Positions 14,167 to 23,799 of a stretch of DNA of 64,000 bases are shown here, piece by piece (the first letter of the stretch is position 1; every line of letters starts with the position of its first letter). The DNA is from Chiloscyllium plagiosum (Eukaryota), in NCBI RefSeq assembly GCF_004010195.1, contig NC_057718.1, forward strand, positions 17,042,770-17,106,769, read 5' to 3'. Under the pieces are notes generated by a model. It did not search any database and was not told the origin of the DNA. It worked only from the letters and a program-made list of their open reading frames with translations. Both the position numbers and the translations under genes were made by a program.

Positions 14167-14597
14167 GAATAAAGAACAATGAAATTTTACAGCCCAGGCA
14201 CAGGCTCTTTGGCCCTTCAAGCCTGAGCCGATGCAAATGTACTGTCTAAACCTGTTGGTCAATTCCTAAGCATTTGTATCCCTCTGCTCCCCAACTACTC
14301 ATGCATCTGTCCAGACGCATCTTAAATGAATTTACTGTGCCTGCCTCTACCACCTCTGCTGGCAATGCGTTCCAAATGCCCACCACCCTCTGTTTGAAGT
14401 ACTTGCCGCGTATATCCCCCTTAAACTTTCCACCTCTCACCTTGAAAGTATGACCTCTGGTTATTGAATCCTTCACCCTGGGAAAAGGCTTCTTTCTAAC
14501 ACCCTGTCTATACCCTTCATGATTTTGTAAACCTCAATCAGATCCCCCCTCAATCTCCTTTTTTCTAGTGAAAATAAACCTAACCTATTCAACACTG
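14167..14597 (-). mobile_element. CR1 3' fragment inserted in the LTR-element leader
   Basis: TRGHTFKVRGGKFKGDIRG; probable TSD GTTTAAA (14160-14166 / 14598-14604). Confidence 0.85.
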
Positions 14598-14654
14598 GTT
14601 TAAATCTACTGGGATTTTTCGTACCCCCAAATCTATTCAAATCTGTCTAAACCA

Positions 14655-14680
14655 GTTCAAATCACGGACCGGTGCCCCCA
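14655..14680 (-). other. Primer-binding site complementary to tRNA-Pro 3' end
   Basis: Plus strand gttcaaatcacggaccggtgccccca vs tRNA-Pro 3' end gttcaaatcccggacgagccccca. Confidence 0.75.
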
Positions 14681-14682
14681 AA

Positions 14683-15613
14683 CTAAACTCTTCTGCTTAA
14701 TTTAAAACCAGCAACACAGAAAAGATTTATCCTGTGCAGTAATCGGTAAAAATTCAAGTGACCAAGAAATAGTTAAAGTAAAAATTAACAACTTTATTCC
14801 TTAAAGCTTCACGGAGAATTATTAACTATCATTAAATAATGTACAAGTCCTTACTGTAACCTATCTTTTACCTTCCCTTCTATAATACTAGTCCAAAAAA
14901 ACTACTACTAATAATAATAGTAGTAATAATAACAATAATACTAGTCCAATAAAATAAAATTAAGATTTGTAAAACAAAACTTAATTTGTTTTGTGGGCGG
15001 CACGGTGGCACAGTGGTTAGCACTGCTGCCTCACAGCGCCAGAGACCCGGGNNNNNNNNNNNNNNNNNNNNNNNNNNNNNNNNNNNNNNNNNNNNNNNNN
15101 NNNNNNNNNNNNNNNNNNNNNNNAGGGGTAAATGTAGGGGTATGGGTGGGTTTCGCTTCGGTGGGTCGGTGTGGACTTGTTGGGCCGAAGGGCCTGTTTC
15201 CACACTGTAATCTAATCTAATCTAAAAAACTTCTTATCTCAAAACCATGCAGCTTTTGGTTCTTCTACTTGGAGCTTCCTGTGTCTTCTTTTCTTATTCT
15301 TAGGAATTTCTGCGTCACAGGTTACTGATCGAAAAGGTATCTTTTAAGAGAGCCATTTTTCAAGCAATCTGTCACCCATTGGGGCTTGGCAGTTCTCCTC
15401 TTAACGGTACAATTTTCCCCGGTCTTATACCCCCCAAAACATTGGATGTGTCATTGGCTTTTAAGATTGTCAATATACTAAATTCAAAGTCCACCTACTA
15501 ATCAAGTTGTTCGACCAAGTGTTACATTGTTACCTTATTGAGAACACTTAGTGCTGTGTCCAGTAGTTCTGCTGCTTTTAACTCTCTTAAAGTACACCCA
15601 CATCTTCATAACA
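14683..15613 (-). repeat. 5' LTR of the Gmr1-like element, with HE1 insertion, TAA-rich expansion and loss of the PBS-proximal terminus
   Basis: Colinear with 8609-9319; ends catcttcataaca. Confidence 0.85.
14995..15224 (+). mobile_element. HE1 SINE in the 5' LTR (contains N gap)
   Basis: gggcggcacggtggcacagtggttagcac head, (TAATC)n tail; absent from the other LTR. Confidence 0.9.
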
Positions 15614-16002
15614 TGATTCTATGACTACCTACACCACATAGACCACAGCAATCAAGACATCAACTCACCACCACTTTCTTAACAATAATTAAGGACGAGC
15701 AATAAATGGGAGCTTTGCCATTGATGCCTACTACCCAAAAATGAATAAAAATGAAGGCAATTTGAAAAAAAGCATTGTAAACCTGGAAAATCAAGTCTAC
15801 AAAATACTGAAACGTTAACAGTTAGCCCCACAAATAAAATCACAGAGAATACTAGAGGCAGCTAAACAATTTACTTATTATTTAAACACGCCATTTTTAA
15901 AAAAATTGTAAAATGAGAGTTAAACATTTGTTTCACATAGGGGCCTTATTAGAACTCTGTAAATTGATTGGTGTCAAATGAGTTAAAATGGTGGAATATG
16001 CG

Positions 16003-16297
16003 CTACTGGGCCTACTGGAGTCCGTGCTGCTGGGCCTACCCAAGTCCACACTACTGGGCCTACTCGAGTCTGCACTGCCGAGCCTACTGAGGTTGTGCAG
16101 TTCGGCCTACTTGAGTCTGTGCTGCTGGGCCCACTCACCGCCGCTGATACCATCACCGTGACCAAGGTCTTCACAGAGAGGTAAATAAAATAAAATAGGA
16201 GAGAAAAAAAACCAAGAGAAGTGAGAAAAAAAGTGAAAAGAAAAGTGAGTGGAGCAGACGAGCGCCAAGCTCAGAAGCCCTACTCCACCGCCATCTT
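16003..16297 (-). mobile_element. Inverted 5' end of a minisatellite-bearing non-autonomous LINE-like element
   Basis: Minus strand starts aagatggcggtggag, runs through a pyrimidine-rich tract, then ~5 copies of the same 24-bp unit as 16792-18110. Confidence 0.55.
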
Positions 16298-16309
16298 ATC
16301 TTATTTTAC

Positions 16310-16620
16310 TGTCTTAGTAACTACTTTTGAAATGTGGCTTCCAGTCTAATGTAGGAAGCATCATGCACAGTAAGATCCAGCAACAGCAAGGAGGTAAAGA
16401 CCAGATAATCTGCCCATTTGGTAATGTTGATCTGAAGGATAAATATTGCCACAATACTAGGAAGAACTTGGCTGGTTTTCTTGGAGCTACTACTATGGGA
16501 TCTGTTACATCCTGCAAGGGCAGACCTACCTTGTCTAAAGGATGGCACCTTTGATAGTGTAGCATGCTCTCAGCCCCACACTGGAGTGTCAGATAGATGT
16601 TGTGCACAAGTATTTAGAGG
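16310..16620 (-). mobile_element. DeuSINE (SacSINE1-like) fragment
   Basis: Resembles the Deu domain as recalled (atgggatc...aaaggatggcacc...ctggagtgtcag); similar fragments at ~6040-6310, 40590-40760, 47150-47325 and 49040-49200. Confidence 0.5.
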
Positions 16621-16684
16621 GGTGACAGGGCTGCTTGCTAACTCATGTCTTTCACTAGTTTAACTCATTTGACACCAATACATT

Positions 16685-16774
16685 CCTGAAGAAGGGCTAA
16701 TGCCCGAAACGTCGATTCTCCTGTTCCCTAGATGCTGCCTGACCTGCTGCGCTTTTCCAGCAACACATTTCCAT
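16685..16774 (+). mobile_element. 90-bp mini PLE insertion with hammerhead motif
   Basis: 12-bp TSD CACCAATACATT (16673-16684 / 16775-16786); CTGAAGA-agggc-taat-gccc-GAAAC-GTC at 16686-16713. Confidence 0.8.
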
Positions 16775-16791
16775 CACCAATACATTTACAG

Positions 16792-18110
16792 CAGGCTTAG
16801 CAGCATGGACTCAGTAGGCCCAGCAGTATTAACTCCAGAAGCCCAGCAGTGCAGACTCCAGTAGGCCCAGCAGGGTTAACTCCAGAAGGCCCAGAAGTGT
16901 AGACTCCAGTAAGCCCAGCAGCATGGACTCAGTAGGCCCAGCAGTGTTAACTCCAGAAGGCCCAGCAGTGCAGACTCCAGTAGATCCAGCAGTGTTAACT
17001 CCAGAAGGCCCAGCAATGTTAACTTCAGAAGGCCCAGAAGTGCAGACTCCAGTAGGCCCAGCAGTGTTAAATCAAGAAGGCCCAGCAGTGCAGACTCCAG
17101 TAGGCCCAGCAGTGTTAACTCCAGAAGGCCCAGCAGTGCAGACTCCAGTAGGCCCAGCAGTGTTGACTCTAGAAGGCCCGGCAGTGTTAGCTCCAGCAGG
17201 CCCAGCAATGCAGACTCCAGAAGGCCCAGCAGTGTTAACTCCAGAAGGCCCAGCAATGCAGACTCCAGTAGGCCCAGCAGTGTTGACTCTAAAAGGCCCA
17301 GCAGTGTTAGCGCAATGCAGACTCCAGAAGGCCCAACAGTGTTAACTCCAGAAGGCCCAGCAGTGCAGACTCCAGTAGGCCCAGCAGTGTTGACTCCAGA
17401 AGGCCCAGCAGTATTAGCTCCAGCAGGCCCAGCAATGCAGACTCCAGAAGGCCCAGCAGTGTTAACTCCAGAAGGCACAGTAGTGCAGACTCCAGTAGTC
17501 CCAGCAGCATGGACTCCAATAGGCGCAGCAGCACGAACTTGAGTAGGCCCAGCAGCGTGGATTCCAGTAGGCTCAACAGCGCAGACTCCATTAGGCCTAG
17601 CAGCACAGAGTCCAATAGGCCCAGCAGCATGGACTCTAGTACACCCAGCAGCATGGACTCCAGTAGGCCCAGCAGCACAGACCCCAGTAGGCCCTAGAAA
17701 CAGACTTCCGTAGGCCCAGCAGCAAGGACTCCAGTAGGCCCAGCAACATGGACTTCAGTAGGCCCAGCAACATGGACTTCAGTAGGCCCAGCAACATAGA
17801 CTCCAGTAGACCCAGCAACATCGACTTCAGTAGGCCACGCAACACAGACTCCAGTAGGCCCAGCAACATGGACTCCAATAGGCCCAACAACACGGACTCC
17901 AATAGGTCCTGCAGCACAGACTCCAGCAGGCCCAACAACATGGACTCCCATAGGCCCAGCAGCATGGACTCCTGTAGGCCAGCAGCGTGGACTCCAGTAA
18001 GCCCAGGAACACGGACTTCAGTAGGCCCAGCAGCATGGACTCCAGTAGGCCCAGCAACGTGGACTCCAGTAGGCCCAGCAACACTGACTCCAGTAGGCTC
18101 AGCAGCTCAG
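16792..18110 (+). repeat. 24-bp-unit minisatellite (~1.3 kb)
   Basis: Units GGCCCAGCAGTGTTAACTCCAGAA / GGCCCAGCAGTGCAGACTCCAGTA / GGCCCAGCAACATGGACTCCAGTA; 8-aa periodic ORFs on both strands. Confidence 0.95.
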
Positions 18111-18737
18111 ACTAATGGCAGCGGCATCAGAGACAGGTTTGGGTTCCTGGCAGCTTCTGCATTGTTGAGGTGGTCCTAGCATTGACTCATGACTGCTGCT
18201 GCAGAAGCAAGTTTGGGTTTCCAGCAGCATCTGCTTCCAGCACAGATTCATTGAGGTGGTGGCGGAGATGGGTTTGGGTCCAGTGTGAGACCCAGTGGCA
18301 TGGGCAGTGGCTGCATTGGTGATGTAGGCCCAAAGTGGACTCATGGCAGCAGCAGTGTTGAGTTTGGGCTGGTGCCCAAACCCGGCAGCATTGGTGGCAC
18401 CTATACTGGCGAGGTCCAGCGAGGACCCATCTTGGTGAGGGTATCGGTGGAGGCAAGATGGCGCCAAAGAGTGACAACTTTCATTCCAGAGGTGGCAGCG
18501 CGGTGAAGGGGTCTCATGCCTGGTACCATGAGGGAGCAAGGTGCAATGTTTCCACACTGTAAAGTAATCTAATTAGGCACTTTCTTTATTTCTTTATTTT
18601 CCTGCCTTTATATTCTATGCTTTGGTGTATTTTTCTGCATTTCAAAATGGTGCCGGAGAGTGGCAACACTATTCAACACTTTTCATAGTATTTTGTAGCA
18701 AGATATACATGACAATAAATAAATAAATCAAATCAAA
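18111..18737 (+). mobile_element. 3' part of the non-autonomous element with Rex1-like 3' tail
   Basis: acacttttcatagt...atacatgacaataaataaataaatcaaatcaaa resembles the 3' end of the Rex1 copy at 3035-3083. Confidence 0.5.
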
Positions 18738-19166
18738 ATAATTTTTGAGACATCTTTTGGTCATAGGAAGCACTATATAAATGTAAATTTTCTGTAAATA
18801 CAAATGGCAATAAAACAACAGTAATAAAATTATGATTTGCTTTAATGTCTTCAAACAAATATTAGAGTTTGATTTCACAACAGATGAAACGGTTATCACT
18901 CATCATTATTTCTGGAACAATTTATTTTCCTGATGTTAATTGATTTGGTGGTGAGGAGGTTCAGGGGTATTGACTTTAAGATTACAGATGACATGCGTAC
19001 AAAATAATGCAGAATAATGTCCACTCAAGTGATTTTTAGCTTCAAAGCAAGGAGGAATTGAATTTGAAAGGGGAAGCTGAGCTGTCTGTGACAAAATTTG
19101 ACATTGTGACTCACTGAAGTTTGGATGCCAATAGGCTGTCTCATAGCACTGAAGGAGTGGAGTTAT

Positions 19167-19410
19167 TGAGAGAGGGTGGTGTGTGTGTGTGTGTGTGTGT
19201 GGAATGAGCTGCCAGAGGAGGTGGTGGAGGCTGGTTCGATTACAACATTTAAGAGGCATCTGGATGGGTATATGATTAGGAAGGTTTTAGAGGGATATGA
19301 GCCAAGTGCTGGCAAATGGGACTAGATTATTTTGGGATACATGGTTGGCTTGGGCATGTTGGACCGAAGGGTCTGTTTCCGTGCTGTAGATCTCTGTGAC
19401 TCTATGACTG
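19167..19410 (+). mobile_element. CR1 3' fragment with (TG)n microsatellite
   Basis: ggaatgagctgccagagg...ggaccgaagggtctgtttcc, similar to 830-1050. Confidence 0.85.
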
Positions 19411-19625
19411 TAAGTGGTGGACAGCTGAAGCTGTGCGTAGACAGTGTAGGTACAGAAGCTGATACCTTGCGTGAGGATGATGAGGTCAAGCACTTGCATG
19501 AAGATGTGAAGAGGAGAAGGAGGTCATTTGTAGATGCTTAAGGTACCCCGGACATAATGGGCAAGGGGGCAGAAAGAGAAGTAAATGATAGGGTAGATGT
19601 AGAAAGCTTGTGGGAAAGTACACAA

Positions 19626-19714
19626 GTTGAAACTTTATTGCTGGAACAGCACAGCAGGTCAGGCAGCATCCAGGGAACAGGAGATTCGACGTTTCGGGCA
19701 CAGGCCCTTCTTCA
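19626..19714 (-). mobile_element. Mini PLE insertion with hammerhead motif
   Basis: 13-bp TSD GGAAAGTACACAA (19613-19625 / 19715-19727); same sequence as the 5893-5982 copy. Confidence 0.8.
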
Positions 19715-20453
19715 GGAAAGTACACAACCACAGGGCATAATCCCAGAACAAGGGTTCATTTATTTAAACTAGATGAGGAGGAATATCCTCTCTAATCTCT
19801 ACCGCAGAGGGCTGTTGAGCTTGGGGCTTTAATCATAGTCATGGCTGAGATAGGCCAGGAGTTGAGGATTATCAGATCAGCCACAATCTCAAAGAATAGT
19901 GGAACAGACTCAATGGGGTGAATAACCTACTTCTGTTCCCATGTCTCATGGTCTTTAGAGAGAAGTAATTGCCGTAAACATTCAGACCACAGTCAGATCA
20001 GTATTAACAAACCTAATAAATAAGGGCAGCTTCACTGAGCTAAATATCAGGGCAGTGGTGTAGAAGGAGGATGATGTGATTGATTGTGCCAAAGGAAGTT
20101 GAGGAGGTTGCAGAGAAATAATGCATTTGGAGAGGATTCCATTTGTGACTAATACAAAAAATGAAACTCTGCAGGTGCTGGAAATCAGAATTAAAACAGA
20201 AGGTGCTGGAAGTATTCAGCAGGTCTGGCAGCAACAGTGAGGAGAGGCTGAGTTCATAGGTCACCAAGCTGAAAGATTATCTCTTCACAGACACAGCCTG
20301 ATCCACTCAGTATTTCCAGCATGTTCTGTTTTATGTCAATTGTAGCTATGATTAAATATTCAAGTTATATTAGTGGTTTGGCCACACTTTACTGACCAAA
20401 TAGATGATCTTAAGAAGCATTTAAAAACTTAACCAAATACCCCAGTGAAACTA

Positions 20454-20760
20454 GGAGAAAGTGAGGACTGCAAATGCTGGAGGTGAGAGTCAAAATGTGT
20501 GGTGCTGGAAAAGCACAGCAGGTCAGGCAGCATCTGAGGAGCAGGAGAATCGACATTTCGAGCATGAGCTCTTCATTAGGAATGGGGGGGGGTCCCATGG
20601 GGCCTGAGAGATAAATGGGAGGGAAGGTGTGATGTGGGGGGGAGGTAACTGGGAATGTGATAGGTACATGAAGGTGGGGGTGAAGGTGATGGGTCAGAGA
20701 TGAGGGTTGAGCAGATAGGTGGGAAGGAAGATGGACAGGTAGAACAGTTCAAGAGGGCCA
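20454..20760 (-). mobile_element. PLE pLTR fragment, longer copy, degenerate hammerhead
   Basis: Minus strand CTAATGA-agagc-tcat-gctc-GAAAT-GTC; stem II shows a compensatory change relative to other copies. Confidence 0.7.
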
Positions 20761-21702
20761 TGACACCCAAATAGAAATCCTTGAAGTGGTATTAGTGCCA
20801 TTATGCATTAATGCTAGTTGGTTTAGATATTTTCTAATCAACCTGTACAGAGACCTGCTCCACACTTCTGAAGCATTTGTTTTAATTCATTCATGGGGTG
20901 GGGGTGTCACTGGTTCACCAGTATGTATTGCCTGTGCCTTGTTGCCCTTGAGAAAGTGATGGTAGCTGCCTTCTTGAACGCTGCAGTTGATGTGTTGTAG
21001 GTAGACTCACAATGCTGTTAGGGGACTTCAACTTCGGACTTGAACCCTGGCCTTTTGATTCAGAGGTGGGGACACTACTACTGTGCCATCAGAGTCCCTT
21101 GCAAGTTGATATGTGCCAACCTATGTCCCCAGTGAGACTGATAAACTCCCTTGTTTCTCCAATGCCTCATGCACCTCTAGCACAGCCATTCTGCCGAGAC
21201 TGCCATGTTCTACATCAGTGTGGTTGACTCTGAAATGTCCTCTGAGTAATTAGGAATGAGCAATAACTGCTGGCTTAGCGACACCCTCATCCCATGAATG
21301 AATATTTAAAAAAATGGTTTTCATGACCCCTCAGTGCCATATTATTCCAGGAATGCAGACAGCATAAACTTCATGGTCATATGGCCTGAACTTGTACCTT
21401 TATTCACGTTTCTGCAGCCTTTATGCCCTCATCCATCACAGTCAACTAATTTGAAAGTGATTGCCCTACTTTGGGGTAACCTAGCAACTCTACGAAGTTA
21501 CAAAAACAGAAATGGCTGGAAAAGCTCAGCAGGTCTGGCAGCATCCATGGACAGAAATCAGAATTAACATTTCAGATCGAATGACGCATCCTCACAACTC
21601 TGCGAGGTTGTTGCTTTACACTTGAGTTCCCCCTTATTGCCAAACCCATGGCTGTTGTTACTGACTGGAGCTGCTCAGTTGGCAGCTGAATTGACCACTT
21701 TG

Positions 21703-22208
21703 GCAGTCAAACGATGTGCAGTTTGGGTGGATTGGCCATGCTAAATTATCCATAGTGTCCAGGGATGAGCAGGTTAGGAAGTTTGGCCATACTAAATTAT
21801 CCATAGTGTCCAGGGATGAGCAGGTTAGGAAGTTTGGCCATACTAAATTACCCATAGTGTCCAGGGATGAGCAGGTTAGGTAGTTTGGCCATACTAAATT
21901 GCCCATAGTGTCCAGGGATGAGCAGGTTAGGAAGTTTGGCCATACTAAATTACCCATAGTGTCCAGAGATGAGCAGGTTAGGTAGATTGGCCATACTAAA
22001 TTGCCCATCGTATCCAGTGATGTGTTGGTCGGGTGGTTTGTCCATGCTAAATTGCCCACAGTGTCCAGGGATGTGCTGGTCAGGCGGATTGGACATGGGA
22101 AATTGCAGGGTTACAGGGGTAAGGCGGATCTGGATGGGATGCTCTTCAGAGGGTGGGTGTAGGCTTGATGGGCGGAATGGCTTGCTTCCACGCTGTTTGG
22201 GATTCTCT
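21703..22208 (+). repeat. HE1 SINE 3' part with internal 51-bp unit amplified ~7 times
   Basis: Unit ggccatactaaattatccatagtgtccagggatgagcaggttaggaagttt; 17-aa periodicity in the antisense ORF. Confidence 0.9.
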
Positions 22209-22224
22209 GGATTTCAGCACGTCG

Positions 22225-22503
22225 TTGCTGAGGTGTGTGTGTGTGTGTATGAGAGAGAGAGAGTGCTGCAGCCCCTTCCTCCTGCAGCTCACTGCACCAG
22301 ACGCAGACAAACTGTGTGCCCCTCCCACTCGCCTTGTCCTGAGCTTTTCAGTCGCTGCTGCTGCTGCGTCCAGCCAGATAAACATGAGCTGCAGCAACAG
22401 CAGCACCTGAGCTGTTCATCAATAATCTGTTACCTCCCACATCTCCTCCAGCTCGCACTCGCACACGTGAAATCCAAGCGCAGCTCAGGAGATTGATGCG
22501 AAG
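22225..22503 (+). promoter_or_regulatory. Probable promoter/5' UTR of the PLD5-like gene
   Basis: TE-free, relatively CpG-rich stretch directly upstream of the ATG, with (TG)n(GA)n, CTG/CAG triplets and an E-box CACGTG at 22464-22469. TSS not determinable. Confidence 0.5.
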
Positions 22504-22683
22504 ATGGAAGTGAAGCATGACCGACTGTCCGAGGAACCTTACGATCAGCTGAAAGTGAAAACGGGACCGAGGGAGACGCCTCAGAACCCTGCCCGAGGGG
22601 CTTCTCCCAACTTGTACAGTACTGCAAAGAAAAAGGATTACACCGTCTCAGTCTATCTCAATAACAGGGGCAAGAGCGAGCAT
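22504..22683 (+). CDS. PLD5: PLD5-like (inactive phospholipase D family) coding exon 1, cytoplasmic N-terminus
   Basis: Strong Kozak aagATGg; in-frame upstream TGA at 22468-22470. Translates MEVKHDRLSEEPYDQLKVK...NLYSTAKKKDYTVSVYLNNRGKSEH, resembling the vertebrate PLD5 N-terminus as recalled (MEIRQH...NFYSSVKQQDYSASVWLRRKDKLEH). Donor GTAAG at 22684, phase 0. Orthology (PLD5 vs a paralogue) not established. Confidence 0.88.
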
Positions 22684-23799
22684 GTAAGCCGTGTGTGTTT
22701 CACCCTAGCTTTGTTTTTGCAGTCAAGGCTGAGGGGTGGTTTGCAGGGATAACAGATGGAGCTGGGTGGAGTGCTGCATGTTGGTTAAAGCAAATGTTAC
22801 TTCCATCCGCGCTTAACGGGAAACACACCCGGGCTAACAACAGGGAAAGATATCTCACGGGCTGCAAAGTTACAGATTCTCGACGCTTGAAAGAGTGCCG
22901 AGAGCTGTTGCAGGTACCATGCAGCCCCCTCTGGGGCGAAGTTGCTCCTAAAATTTAACTTTCAGCAGCAACCAGGCGGCCTGGGGGGGGGGGAACAGTC
23001 TTTGGAGAACAAGGCGGCATGGGCTAGTGACCGTGAGTTCCTGGGTACAGTCAGGGCACACGGTGGGCAGTAAAGCTCACCCTCAGCTGGAGTGAGTGGC
23101 ATGTGAAACACACCAAGTGGTGACAGAAGTATTGATCAGTGGGACATTTGGTGGCTTGCTGGATTGTAAGTGTCCATTAATTACAGTAGTGAACAGGAGA
23201 TGTTTTGCTGTCTTGGCATGCCATTGCCGGAGCTGAAACTGACAGTGAATTTCAGGCAGTGAGGCAGCCCCAAACTCTGCAGTTCTGTTGGGCGAATCCC
23301 CAGGCTGTGGAACATCATCACCCTTCCCTGCTCCTATCTCAGACCGCCTGCCTCCCAAACTGTCATTGTGAGTCGCAGACCTGACTCTATCCTCACCGTC
23401 AATGAACGGCTCACCTGACACTCTGCTGCCTTTATCCCATTCCATATCGCGTTGCTCATCATCTCAGTGTTCCCTGCTCGATACCGGCTCCTGCTTCCCA
23501 AACATCTCAAATTTAAAATCCTCGACACCCAGTTTGTTCTATTTAATCTTCAGCTATATATATCTCCAGTTCTACACCTATCTGACCTCCCAGATAGAAC
23601 AAGGATCTGTGCCTGTGATTTCTCCATGTGTATGATCCCCACTCCAGACTGTCATATTAACAGAATGCCCAGACAGATGTCTTTCACAGGGAGAGTGGAA
23701 ATCACACGCTGATTCACCCTAATGCCCTGTCAGTGCTGACCCATCTGAAGAAACCAACAGAAAGGACACAAATAAAATGGTGATTTTGATTAAAAACTT

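Larger units (their letters stand above)
8609..15613 (-). mobile_element. Gmr1-like Ty3/gypsy LTR retrotransposon, full length but decayed
   Basis: Two similar LTRs; 4-bp TSD TGAT (8605-8608 / 15614-15617); PBS, PPT. Minus-strand order: gag (SCAN-like, CFHCGKVGH knuckle), protease (LRDTGS), integrase (CHTCQ, YHPESQ), RT (YLDD), RNase H (DAS, TDH). Many stops and frameshifts. Confidence 0.92.

Noticed and set aside
16876..18179. Long Leu-rich and Pro/Thr-rich ORFs on both strands
   Set aside because: By-products of a 24-bp minisatellite; frames break at unit indels; no gene context.
21714..22100. CRISPR-like regular repeat array
   Set aside because: Head-to-tail 51-bp units without unique spacers, derived from a SINE; no cas genes; eukaryotic DNA.
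22684..22752. Continuation of ORF 22504-22752 as coding
   Set aside because: Similarity ends at the GTAAG donor and resumes in phase at 35687.
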